NCBI GenBank assembly: GCA_951406725.2
Contig: OX597831.1
Coordinates: 62,496,001 to 62,560,000 of the forward strand
Direction: 5' to 3'
Length of the DNA stretch: 64,000 nt
Source of the DNA: Octopus vulgaris
Lineage: Eukaryota
Both the position numbers and the translations under genes were made by a program. Below, piece by piece: positions 12,733 to 25,316 of the stretch. Under the pieces are notes generated by a model. That model was not told where the DNA came from and did not search any database. It saw nothing but the letters and a program-made list of their open reading frames with translations. Positions within the stretch are counted from its first letter, which is position 1; each line of letters starts with the position of its first letter.

Positions 12733-13364
12733 ATGTATGTATATATACGCACGCGCGCGTCCCGAAACATACACATACTCACCGAATCACACACACATAA
12801 AACATTTACTTTATATATACACATATAGTCATATGTACATGCGGACAGACATGCACGCAAAAGTCAGAGACACGCGCGCACATATTGTATCCTTATAACC
12901 AATAATGAACCAATGCATTTGTATTTTATATATATTGGACGTGTGTGTATATGTATATTTGTATATTTTTCTATGTCTCCCTGTATGCATATTCCTGCTC
13001 CCGTGTACCTAGCTGTGTTAACGTAATATTCGATAGTTGAGGGTAAACATGGCCTCAATGAAAGTGTGGAAACACATAATAGGCTAAACCAATCGTTTTG
13101 TGCATCAAGCAACATTTGCGTTACCATTCGTGTACATGTGTAATATCGATAACTTTCTCTCACAATGTCAAAAGAAAAAAGCAAAAAGAATTATTGGTAT
13201 ATATGTATGATCAGTCGAACAAACATTGTACACATTACCAAGATTAATTTTGATCTCCCTCTGCCTGTCTCACTCCCTCGGTCATTCTGACTTTCTCCTC
13301 ATGATCTGTGAGAATTGTGCAGTTTCTGCGAAAAATCGTATAATACTTTTTTACGGTATATACT

Positions 13365-13365
13365 C

Positions 13366-13420
<55 letters not shown>

Positions 13421-13421
13421 A

Positions 13422-13458
<37 letters not shown>

Positions 13459-13477
13459 CCTATCTATCTATCTATCA

Positions 13478-13510
<33 letters not shown>
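13365..13510. repeat. (TATC)n microsatellite
   Basis: Directly visible. Confidence 0.95.
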
Positions 13511-13520
<10 letters not shown>

Positions 13521-13805
13521 GTATATATATAGGGTATATATATATATATATATATATATACATACATACATACCAATATATATATAGGTATGTATGTATT
13601 TATACATGTTATCCTGGATCTTAATTTTTCCAATTCCTTGGCAACAAAAGAGGAACATGCAATAAAAATATCTAACTAGAAATCATACATCAACAGAGTA
13701 GTCCAGTATATGCGAATGCATTAATAAGTATGCATGTGTAATATGCTTCAACAAATGCAAGCACGCCGGCACGCACATATGCACACACACACACACATAT
13801 ATGCC

Positions 13806-14180
13806 ATGACAGACATAACGTGTGACATCATTTTCTTGATAGCCAGTCGTGTTCCATTGCAAAGTCTTGGTGGTTCCAGACTGCGGAGTAGCATTACAGG
13901 AGTTCCAACTTTAAATGCTAATATTTGTGGAGGTAGTCCAGGAGGCTCCAGTGAATTGAGAAATTCAGGAGGATAGTTCACATCTTCATTTATATCTGGA
14001 ATTGTATCAACAAACTTGTAAGTGTGTATTGTGCCGGGAAGAGAATGCATTAGCTGTTGATTAATTTTGTTAACAGCGACGTTTTTTGGAGCTAATATTG
14101 CTCTTTCACACAGCCAATTGTGATTTTGGTAGTTTTGTGTGAAGTTGGGAAAGACCTTTTGGCTGGAAATGAATTCTGTC
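13806..14180 (-). mobile_element. Helitron Pif1-type helicase fragment
   Basis: WLCERAILAPKNVAVNKIN...YPPEFLNSLEPPGLPPQILAFKVGTPVMLLRSLEPPRLCNGTRL, characteristic of Helitron RepHel helicases. Confidence 0.9.
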
Positions 14181-14544
14181 GTATTTATAAGAAAGTAGAC
14201 AGCTAGAAGGATTAAAGTATCAGTGGTGGTATAGTGCTGTGGGGTCGTTCGAATTGTCCGTACGCTATGGAGTTTAGAGGTGAAGTGGATGACAATATAC
14301 TTCACTTGATAAGGTAGCACGTGGTAAATATCTGTTACCATCATTCATTGTCCAGTAGTGAGAAGAAGTTTTATTTCTCTGTGTTGGGAATTAAATGAGA
14401 ATGAGATGTAAGGAGACAATGTTTTTGAGATTCCGGTTCGAATGTAAGGCAGGTTTGAAAGCGTTCCCAGCAGTTATTAGTTGTAGTGGTAGAGTGTTTA
14501 TGCCGAATATGTACGTATGCATGTATATATATATGTATGTATGT

Positions 14545-14690
14545 CTGTATATATGTACAAAATCCACTGAGAAGGCTTTTGTTGGTCTGAGACTACAGCA
14601 GAAGACACATGCCAAGTCACCACACAGTGGGACTGAACCCAGGATCATGTGTTTGGAACGTAGTTTGTTACCACACAGCCACACCTGCCC
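14545..14690 (-). mobile_element. SINE family A 5' part
   Basis: aaatccactgagaaggc...gaagacacatgccaag...agtgggactgaaccc...ccacacagccacacctgcc. Confidence 0.8.
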
Positions 14691-15464
14691 TTATGTACGT
14701 GTGTGTGTGTGTGCGTATGTGTGTATGGGTAAATATATTATGCATGTATATATGTGTATATATATATGTGTATATATATGTGTATATATATGTGTATATA
14801 TATATTACATGTACATCTATATATATACATCTACACATAAAATACAAAATACAAAGTTATATCTTGATATCGCTAGTGATAACAATACTCAGAATATATA
14901 ACAGACTTAAATTGTAGGCCCGTCTCCTGCAATTTCGATCAATTGGATCTTGTCCTCCCTCTTGTATAGAAGTGTACGGTTGCAGCGAAATTCATTTTTG
15001 AACTTTCTTCTATCGAAAGCATTTTAACAAAAATGCCTCCGTAAAGACGGTGAAAATATTGTCAATTTCCCCAAACAGGAACACAATTCAATTTTTAAAC
15101 AATAACCAAAGCCCCTTCTCCGAAAGGAGGAGGGTTACGGTTTACAATTATTTAACAATTACAACACAACAACTTTTCCCTGACGAGGAACCAACAAACA
15201 TGATTACAATAGCCAAACAGTAATAATAATAATAACAAACCTTTTTAATTTATCCCCATTTATGTGAAACCACTTATTCAAGTTCAAGTCATAGATGCAA
15301 TTTTATACGAATTGCTAATACACACACACACACATAATAAGGGTGAAAAATTGAATATTAATTTGATTAATATGAATTGAAAACCAGTGATGTAGCATAA
15401 AAGACTATAGCGCATCTTCTAGCAAAATGGATGACCACCGTTAATGGTTCATCCCTGTTATATA

Positions 15465-15722
15465 ATACTTTCACTTTAATAGTTTCAGTATTAAAGTGAA
15501 AGTGTCTGCATTACATGAGATGTTTTTGTTTCACTTTTAACACGTAATACTGAAATAGTGGAGAAGATATGATATTGCTGTGGGGTCGCCTTAGTGAAAA
15601 AGTTAAAATAAGGCATGTGTAAAATAAGGCATGTGTAAAATTTGAATGAAATTGGTTGTGTAGTTCTCAAATTTTAGGGAAACACACAGACAGACACACA
15701 TTCTCAGTTTTATATATATAGA
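15465..15722 (-). mobile_element. Helitron-like 5' terminal segment
   Basis: Minus strand starts TCTATATATATAAAACTGAGAATGTGTGTCTGTCTGTGTG...CAACCAATTTCATTCAAATTTTACAC, the typical TC-start/GTCT-repeat 5' end of invertebrate Helitrons. Confidence 0.65.
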
Positions 15723-15737
15723 AATTTTCGCGGACTT

Positions 15738-15952
15738 AAAGCGGTGAGGTTGCTGAATAGTTAGCACGGCGGGCTTAATGCTTAGCGGCATCTCGTCCGC
15801 CGTCACATTCTGAGTACAAATTCGGCCGAGGTCGAGTTTGCCATCGATCTATCCGGGTCGATAAAATAAGAAGCTGGTGAGTACGGAGGTCATGTAATCG
15901 AGCTGCTATCTCCCATGAAATTACTGGTCTTGTGCCAAAATTTGAAATCAAT
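15738..15952 (+). mobile_element. SINE family B
   Basis: aaagcggtgaggttgctgaatagttagcacg...gccgaggtcgagtttgcc...tgtgccaaaatttgaaa. Confidence 0.8.
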
Positions 15953-16649
15953 ATATTCGCAGACCGACTACTAAATAACTTCAGACATCCAATTAGCGTA
16001 AGTTTATTCATGGTGTATAGCCCTTTACTCTCATAGCTTAATATACGTTCATTAACGCATTTATTGAATCCATCGCCAAACAAAGATACACATACATAGC
16101 CATACGCACACATGTAAACACACATACGTACACGCACGTATATATATATTGTGTTCGTGCGCGCGCGTGTGTCCGCTTTTGTATGTGAAGAAGCATATTT
16201 TCAATGTATATATATGTATCTATCCGTGTGTGCAAGTATACAGGTAGATGTAATTCAATGTATACAGTTACATTACTGTGCATGCACATAAGCATGAATG
16301 TATATACATGCATACATTTCATCATACGAAGAATGAAATAGAACTACTTATTCTTGTAACACCTTATTTCACACTGAATGACCATAACCTATTTTAGATT
16401 TGATCACTGTGTTACACTGAACATGAAATATACTCCGATTTAGCGAATGTTGTCTAGACAGGATTTGCGCAGGTTAAGTGTAGCTAGGGAGAAACTCCAT
16501 TTTGGTGACAGACTAGTTAGAATGCATTTTTATTAGTTTGTTATTCGTCTTTAAGTTAGGTAAGAATTCTTTCACATAAGAGTGTTATTCTCTAGGAATT
16601 GTTGTCGTTTTACTCTTCCCAGCTGTTGTCCCCGTGGTATATATATGTG

Positions 16650-16886
16650 AAGGCGGCGAGCTGGCAGAAACGTTAGCATGCTGGATGAAATGCTTAGCGG
16701 TATTTCGTCTGTCGTTACGTTGTGAGTTCAAATTCCTCCGAGGTTGACTTTGCCTTTCATCCTTTCGGGGTCGATAAATTAAGTACCAGTTCCGCACTGG
16801 GGTTGATGTAATCGACTTAATACCTATGTCTGTCCTTGTTTGTCCCCTCTATGTTTAGCCCCTTGTAGGTAATAAAGAAATAGGTA
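16650..16886 (+). mobile_element. SINE family B, well preserved
   Basis: aaggcggcgagctggcagaaacgttagc...gagttcaaattc...tttagccccttgtaggtaataaagaaatagg. Confidence 0.92.
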
Positions 16887-18070
16887 TATGTAGATTTAGA
16901 AATAATTTTTCAAAGGTGCAAATGTTTTAGTCCGTACATTTATCTTATAGTAGATAGGAATTTATCAATAAGATGTTTCGTCTGAGATACTGAATGCTGC
17001 CAGTGGATTATTGTATCCATACAGGAATTCAAGGAACTAACCAAATTATATATACACATTTTCGAACCATTTAAGGAAACACAAAAACAATGGATCGCCA
17101 TATCTCATTGAGATTACTGTGTTGTCTGATAATGAGCATGCAACAGATTTGAAAAATATGTTGGGTCGTGGCAAATTCAAAAATAAGACCAAGTACATTA
17201 AATAAACGTTTATGATTAGGAAAATAGGTCTCAGTATATTAATTGTTATAAACCACATTTTAGTGTAGAGGTGACATCATCAATTAAGAGAATCTTTTTT
17301 CTTTCGATAGAAAATTCTTTCCAACGAACACGAGTGATATATACTATGTTCAATTATCTCATTCTGCAATTCTTAACCTATAGGAATTAGGTATTATATA
17401 TTGTGTTCTGTTATTCAAACAATTCTTAACCAATATGGAACGAAAGGGGGAATGAAGATCCGTTCATTCCATTTTATGTTATCCTTAACGAGAAATTTTC
17501 AGCGATCCTACTCAAGTGGCGCACAATAAAAAGGTAGGAATCGAAGTTGGAAAAAAAGGAAAGAATAAACAGCTTTTAAGGAAAAATATATTTATGTATC
17601 ACAGCACACATATCTGTAATTGACATTTTGAATCAATCATACAATCAACTACTAAAGGTCGGTTGCAGCTGGATTCCTTATTAGACTGCATACTGTTTAT
17701 TGTACAAAATATCAAAGCTGAGTTCACGATTATGGCGAGTATCTTACAAGGTTTTGAAAATAACACATATACAAAAATATGGGTCGTCAAAAAAAAAGCA
17801 TTCATAAAAATATTACCAATTATTTCATTCAATACTATATAGCAAAAAATTCTTTCAGCTTGCGCTTCTTTAGCGATAACATGTTTTTACCTCTCATAAT
17901 GGTTTGTGGTTGAAAGAAGTTTTACATTAATACACTTCCTTATTATTTATTTCTAAAGCAAATTATAAGCGGACATTAAAAAAACCAAAACAAATCAGTG
18001 CTCTCTGAACGCCCGTGCGCATATGTACACAAACACCCTCCACAAACTTACACATATTTATATGAATATA

Positions 18071-18174
<104 letters not shown>

Positions 18175-18224
18175 TGTGTGTGTGTGTATATAGGCGTATA
18201 TATTTATATTTACTTCCCCTATTT

Positions 18225-18530
18225 GGAGGCGCAATGGCCCAGTGGTTATGGTAGCGGACTCGCGGTCGTAGGATCACGGTTTCGATTCCCAGACCGGGCA
18301 TTGTGAGTGTTTATTGAGCGAAAACACCTAAAAGCTCCACGAGGCTCCGAGAGGGGGTGGTGATCCCTGCTGTACTCTTTCACCACAACTTTCTATCACT
18401 CTTTCTTCTGTTGGCCTGCTCGCTTAGGTAGCGGGGTGGCGTTTATCGAAGGCTAAACAATATGAAGCGCATTCTGGCCAGCGATGTGTAACAACATCTG
18501 ATGATCTGGTCGGTCACGTGGTCACGTGAT
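18225..18530 (+). mobile_element. SINE family C (tRNA-derived head)
   Basis: ggaggcgcaatggcccagtggtt (A box)...ggtttcgattccc (B box); head shared with the 47735 copy. Confidence 0.85.
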
Positions 18531-18609
18531 ATTTATATTTAGAGATATCTGTCGATCAATATATCTGTTTATAGATACACACACACACACACACACACCA
18601 CACACACAT

Positions 18610-18641
<32 letters not shown>

Positions 18642-19048
18642 CATATAAAATACAAAATGTGACAAGAACGTAAAACGTCCAGATAGACGATACAAAAAAC
18701 ACGGACGGGTCATTCGAAGCCTTTAATCTTCAGTCAAGAACGTGATCATCCTCGCAATTTCAGCTGATTAATCTTGACCAATTAATCTCTCTCTCTCTAT
18801 ATATATATATCAGTTAATGTCCCAGAATATTATAATAATAGCTACTAATTGTTTCATACCATGGAGACACAATAATTCCGCAGATTTTAAGCACTATATA
18901 TAAATCTTCCAAATTACCGTGTCCTCCATGGTATGACACCTCCGTGGATCTTATTGCAATATTGTGGACATTACATGATATTTCTCTCACTGGATGTAAT
19001 ACGTTTTTCTTGGTCCTACCTGTAACGAAACAGTAAACTATATGCATA

Positions 19049-19080
<32 letters not shown>

Positions 19081-19082
<2 letters not shown>

Positions 19083-19368
19083 AAATTAGAAAATGGAGAA
19101 ACATACTTAAATCAATAAAACATCAACTATCAGATGATACCCAATCAATATTTTATTACACCATTACATATCAGTAAAGGCATTATACAAAATATACAGT
19201 AAATGTAAATAGACAAAGAGATATAAGTATAAAATTTCAAATATAATATGTAATTAAATCATAACTGACAGCTGTTTCGGCAGCAAGGGCAGTCATACCT
19301 CATTTAACCTATAAGCCATAAAGGCAGGTATGGTGGGTTGAATTTTCAACCCCTATCTCATTTTATAA

Positions 19369-19370
<2 letters not shown>
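19081..19370 (-). mobile_element. TA-flanked cassette with 3' half of a hammerhead motif
   Basis: Minus strand gccGAAAC-agct-GTC-agtt at 19263-19281; (TA)n on both sides. Confidence 0.45.
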
Positions 19371-19429
<59 letters not shown>

Positions 19430-20472
19430 GTGCTTTCATAGGAGCGGCTTGGTAATATAATGAAGTGCTAAGAAATTGAGGCTCATCCGATATGGTTTGA
19501 TGCATAACTAACCATACGAAATTCATTTGCTTAATAGATGGCAAAGTGTCAAATAATAGTTGCTAGTCGCTAGTGAGAACATTTGCTGTTATTATCAGAA
19601 ATCATCATATTACAAGTTGAATGGGAAGATGGATTAAACAGCCTGTCGTTATAAAGCTTAGAACTTCTGAATGCGTGAGAACTGTCCAGTAAACAGTAAC
19701 CGACTGGAAAATTGAGAAAATAAAATAAGATACAGCTCCAAGTTAGCAACACACAGTAGATATGAATGTGTGCATGTGTGCGTGTGCGCGCGCGTGTAAC
19801 TGATTTTATGAGCCCAAGCATTAAAGCATTGTCAGTCATGATAATGAGTGTCATTGTTTTGTCGAAACTTATATGAATCTTGCGTGAAGCAAGTTCTCAC
19901 GAAATCAGAATTATGTTGTCATTTTTATAATTAGGACACAACCACGAATGAACAATAGATCCTAATCAAATATGCAGTAAGATATTTCAGCGAAAAAATG
20001 AAGAAATTCAACAAGATAATGTGTTGTTAGCGCATTGTATGAATGTATGTGGATGCTCTTCAACCCAATTTATTTGACTTTGACAGGCATGAAGTGGTTT
20101 GAGCACAGTATTTAAATATAGTTTTACCTGAAGCCACTTTGCAAAGACAGCCTCATTAAAATACCATTACCTAAGGCTACACTACACTCACTGATACAGA
20201 AGATAGACATATATACGTATATACATATGAGTGTGCGTGTGTACGTGTATGTAACTTCAATTATTTGTTATTAATTTGTTAGAGGACTACAAAGAAGTTG
20301 GGAGCTGGTTTGTAGGGGAAATTCAAAGACTTAATTATTGGCGTTTTGAATATCATCATGGAAATGTTTTAGACATGGAAGTTAAGTGAAATAATAGCTT
20401 ATCTTGAGTGTCATTTAGATATTTACTAATATCAAATAGTGCACCAAAGCTTAGTGGTATAAATGTGAAGTT

Positions 20473-20704
20473 AAGGCGGCGAGCTGGCAGAAACGTTAGC
20501 ACGCTGGGCGAAATGCTTAGCGGTATTTCGTCTGCGTTACGTTGTGAGTTCAAATTCCGCCGAGGTCGACTTTGCCTTTCATCCTTTCGGGATCGATAAA
20601 TTAAGTACCAGTTAGGCACTGGGGTCGATGTAATCGACTTAATACCTATGTCTGTCCTTGTTTGTCCCCTCTGTGTTTAGCCCCTTGTGGGTAGTAAAGA
20701 AATA
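20473..20704 (+). mobile_element. SINE family B with 18 bp TSD
   Basis: Near-consensus copy flanked by ggtataaatgtgaagtta at 20456-20473 and 20705-20722. Confidence 0.95.
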
Positions 20705-20799
20705 GGTATAAATGTGAAGTTATGATTAGACTAGAGGAACTAAGATTTTGGAAGCAGGTGTCCATATATATTGCATTTCTCGCACGTTTCTGAAGGTCT

Positions 20800-21420
20800 T
20801 TCCTTTCTGCATACATCTCATCTGTTTGGCGATAAACAGTTTCTCTTTTCGACCAGAATTATGTTGGGCTTGACATATTTGTTGAATTTCAATGCAAATA
20901 ATCAACCAGTATTCCTTGCTTTTATACTATATGCATATTCAATAGTAGAAGAGTTGATTATATTTCAACCAGAAAAAATGCCTGGGAATTTCGTATACGT
21001 TGTTTTAGATGGAGCATATCATCGCATTGGTATGTTTAGGAAGGTATTGACTTCATGCGTTATATCCTCCATAAAAAAAGTTATATAATCAGCATTGATG
21101 ATTACGTTTAGGGTGTTTAAGTACTTCCCCATTTCCTTTGCTGCTAAGATATTTCGTAACTAACTCATGCACTTAATTTGTAAATGTAACGTGAGATAAC
21201 GGTGACGAATCTCGGAAATGTTTCACTTCACGCTGATATTTATCCTCCTCCACAATTTTGCGGGGAAACATACAACTCCCATACCTTTTGTCTGGTATGT
21301 AAAGTGTTTCTCTTCCGAGCCTTTGCTGAGTCGTGTCGGTATAGGATACCACTGGAGGCAATTAGGAAATGTGTGCTGCTTGAGTAGTTTACTACAGCTA
21401 CTAAACATTGTTCACTTCAT
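20800..21420 (-). pseudogene. Possible highly decayed Penelope-like RT relic
   Basis: Ordered weak motifs YQTKGMG, RY(L)..VTF, LNTLN..ITFFMED..TFLNI and VY..FSG, with many stops and frameshifts. Confidence 0.3.
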
Positions 21421-22169
21421 TTTTCCGCATTTGGTTAATGTATTTATTTCACTGCTATGATTTTGCATGTGACATCTGAGTGATATCATGCAACACTCAA
21501 AGGCTATTTCTGTACTCTCATGTACTTTTTTCTCTCTTTTCTTGCAAAATAGAGCCAGTCAATATCACCGGTACTCTAGAAGTTCACAGGGGGTGAAATT
21601 ATCTTATGGATTTCAATGTTCATGCAGTGCAGTTGCTCTATAGGCAAGTGAAATATATTATACCTTAATACCAGTACTTTCAATGCAAATCTATTGTTGT
21701 ATATTCTCCTGTAGTAACAGAAAATCTCTGACGGACGTACCAGAATAAGTGTTTTTGGTTAACCCATATTTCTTCACAGAACATTTCTTTGACGTTTCTG
21801 TAGATACCTAGATAATGCTACTTCTCACAACGTAGAACTGAGGGCATTGGAAGAGAGCGCTGAGACAATGAGGTTTTGTTCTGGGAAAAGTTTACGCATT
21901 CAATTGTAAGATATGAAAATTTGTTTTTGACTCTATCTCACTGTATCTGTGGAATATATATCTAATTAAATCATGCTGTTTCCAGTTTCCTCAAATATTT
22001 CGAGCACAGAATTTTCTTTATATCGCTTACAAAATATTATGGATTAAATTATTGCCGCTTACTGTTGTAGGCCCCAGTATATAATTGAGTTTTCACGGGA
22101 GAAATTTTATGGCCAAAATTAAGCATGCAGAATGCCGCCGTGGAATATTACCCGTCAAATATTCATAAT

Positions 22170-22329
22170 GCTGGTTACAATTTTTTGCACAAGGCCGGCA
22201 ATTTCGAGGGATGGTACTTATTTTATTGACACCCAAAGGATGAATGATAAAGTTGATCCCAGCAGCATATGAACTTAGAATTAAATACGAAAGAAAAGCG
22301 CGCTAATGATTCTGCCAGCTCGTCGCCAA
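22170..22329 (-). mobile_element. SINE family B, degenerate, with 14 bp TSD
   Basis: Ends tctgccagctcgtcgcc; flanked by caaatattcataat at 22156 and 22330. Confidence 0.8.
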
Positions 22330-22364
22330 CAAATATTCATAATATTATAAACATCTATTCTATT

Positions 22365-23472
22365 TTCTCGGAGAAATAAAGGCAGCTTGCTTACAGCTTC
22401 TACACGAAGGCTCTAAGTGCCAATGCATAAGCACCGGGGTTGCTTATACTGCGCCTACGTTGCTTATGCTGCGCCTGGGTTACTTATGCAAGGCTGTTTC
22501 TCTGCTGCGGCATCTGCAAACACCTCCCAAACGTTCTTTCAAAGTGAGAGAAGTTGTATAGAGGCATGGTATTGAAACTCACCTAACTGGGATGAATGTA
22601 GACCAAATCTCTGTAAAACTTTCGAATATAGCAACTAAAGCTGCCGGTACTTTTGTAAACAACACTGAGTTCAGTAGATAGCAGCGGGGAACGTAATCGA
22701 ATGACTTTCTGTATTCAAGATCTCTATGGTGTAGAGATACTTAATATATTTTTTCGACGCGCACACAACGCATTCTATATGCCAGCTTATCAGTGATTAC
22801 ATCGTTAGTCTTGGAATGTTCTCGGAGAAATAAAGGCAGTTTGCTTACAGCTTGTTCATGAAGGCTCTACGTTTTCTTCTTTAAAGAACGTGTTCTCATT
22901 TATAGCCACACTTTATGCTCGTGGTGTGGAAAACTATATGGACACCATTTGAAATATATAGATTTACCAGTTGTCAGCTACCAGGTCACTCCCTACAGCC
23001 TATGCGGCTTTGTAATAGCTTTCTAGAAAGTTTCATCATTGAATTATATACTGTTATCTTGCTTAATTGTCTTTCACTATGCTGCATTCCGATTAAAGTT
23101 TGTAATTTCGTTCTAAATTATAAACTGTAACAACATAGATTTTTTCCTAGGATTTTTTCTACTATGTCAGTAATTATCCATCGAGCTTTAGAGTAGAATT
23201 ACTGTACATTTTTTTAAAATTTCACTAGAAACTGTTTCCAGTATGCAATGGTCCTAATAGTTCCTAATGGTAATGAACGGTCCAGTTCTACAGTGGAGCG
23301 TGCCAATGCATAAGCACCGGGGTTGCTTATACTGCGTCTGCGTTGTTTATGCTGCGCCTGGGTTGCTTATGCAACGCTGTTTCTCTGCTGCGGCCTCTGA
23401 AAACACCTCCCAGACGATCATTTAGGGAGAGAGTATTTGTATAGAGTCAGGTATTGACACTTACATAACTGG
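22365..23472. repeat. Split direct duplication containing a 20 bp mini-repeat
   Basis: Block A (22365-22415) plus block B (22417-22590) recur as A' (22819-22869) and B' (23300-23472). B has about 2.7 copies of (t/g)gggttgcttatgctgcgcc. Confidence 0.85.
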
Positions 23473-23945
23473 CAGTATCCCCTGCGAGATCGCATTTAAC
23501 TTTTATCCACAAAATGCTTGGTTTTGTTCACTCTTCTGTCTTGTCAGAAGCAGCATCGTATTCAATGATAGTTTAGAAAAATTATAAAAATTGTTTTCTG
23601 TGGTTATAAAAATATTTTTTCAACTGTATACATTCCACAGTTATCACTGTCAGATCAGAATAACCAGATACCAATCTGACAGATATTTTTTTTTATGATG
23701 GTGGTACTGGCGGTAGGATTTTGTTTACATTCTTACTGGTTTCTATGGTGCTTTTGGCTGGTTTTGAATATATTCGGAAAGGTGATTACATCACACAAAT
23801 CGATATCGATTTCTATCTGTGATAGCCACCTTCCGGTGACAGAAAGATGCTTATTGCCGCACCCGCGTAGCTGCGAAATGTCTTAAGTTTGGCTGAGATT
23901 CATCTTTATACAAGCATACATTCGTATATATATATATATAATGTA

Positions 23946-23983
<38 letters not shown>

Positions 23984-23995
23984 GTGTGTGTATGT

Positions 23996-24048
<53 letters not shown>

Positions 24049-24063
24049 GTATATGTATATGTA

Positions 24064-24096
<33 letters not shown>

Positions 24097-24098
<2 letters not shown>

Positions 24099-24592
24099 TG
24101 ATGGTTATCTACTCCTCATACAGAGTTTGACCACCTCCTGTACCTACACCTACCTCTACCTTAGCGCCAGCATGGCGTCTGATGTGGCTTTTTAAACCAG
24201 ACAATATCCTGAAAAGACATCCACATATATCGCACCTAGGATTTCGACCACCAACACCTGCATATAAGTTCTGCTCTTTGTGGATTTTATCATGACTTCG
24301 GAGGCCTCCGGTTGATTTGCAAACCTTCTGGCATACACTCCACTCAAAGGTGTGCACTGACATATAGTCAGAATAGGTGGTAGACGTTCGTTTTCCATGC
24401 GTTCGCAGATGAGATTTTAGGCCAGCCAAAGACAGTCATGGTCTGTCACAGACTGTGCACACAAAAGGTCATTGTCATTCACTTTCTTGGTCGTATCATT
24501 CTTCCTTAGAACTCTTTTGAGTATTACTTGCGTTATCCTGGCCTCTTGAAATTTTTTACTCCACTCCACACCTTTCTTCGCCATCCAACACG
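24097..24592 (-). mobile_element. RTE-like LINE 3' end with three C2H2 zinc-finger motifs
   Basis: KFQEAR....KR.LRK followed by CTVCDRP*LSLAGLKSHLRTH, (W)SVCQKVCKSTGGLRSHDKIH and [21 protein letters not shown]. Tail ggtcaaactctgtatgaggagtagataaccatcatg; TA-flanked. Confidence 0.7.
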
Positions 24593-24667
<75 letters not shown>

Positions 24668-25023
24668 GAATATATATATGTATATTCCACATTTTGTAAT
24701 AACTATGGGTTACCTCGAGCCAATGCTGAAAGGAGTTGTAGTTGGCATTGCGAGGTACTGACAATTGGGCTACTTCTTTGCCAGTCTAATTTTGATAACC
24801 GTACAGGTACGCCCGTCAGAGCAACAGTGTGCGTTGAATAAAAGATAGAATAGCTTAATCGCGACCCAGTGGGATGTTTATGTGTAAACATGTCACTAAA
24901 ATGAAGTGGATAATGTATTGTTTAAAATGCAGTCCAATAATTTAATGCTGTAATCAATCACTGTTATTTCGGGTTTATTGACATGTTTTCTGTATATATT
25001 GTGCTGTGCTGTAGCACACGATT

Positions 25024-25316
25024 GTGAAGGGCATGGCTTAATTGTTAGACCATCGAGCTTACGATCGTGAGGTTTTCAGTTCGAATCCCGGACCGGGCTG
25101 CGTGTTGTGTTCTTGAAGAAGGCACTTTATTTCAAGTTGCTCCAGTTGCGACATCACTGGTGTCAAGCTGTATCATCCTTTGGTGGCGTGGAGAGAGGCG
25201 GCCGGTATGCATGGGTGACTGCTGGTCTTCCATAAACAATCTTGCCCGGACTTGTGCCTGAGAGGGTAACATTCAAGGTGCAATCCCATGGTCAGTCATG
25301 ACCGAAGGAGGTCTCA
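25024..25316 (+). mobile_element. SINE family D (tRNA head, Meta/V-like core)
   Basis: tggcttaattgttag (A box), gttcgaatccc (B box), gtgttgtgttcttgaagaaggcactttatttc core, gcaatcccatggtcagtcatgaccgaagg tail. Confidence 0.75.

Noticed and set aside
13748-14344. 198 aa ORF as host PIF1 gene
   Set aside because: Only the central ~120 aa are helicase-like and of Helitron type; the ends run into unrelated sequence and a microsatellite.
18225-18300. tRNA gene (also at 25024 and 47735)
   Set aside because: A/B boxes are present but no clean cloverleaf, and the sequence continues into shared SINE bodies.
22436-22490. 20 bp repeats as a CRISPR-like array
   Set aside because: Units are directly adjacent with no unique spacers, there are no cas genes, and the context is eukaryotic.
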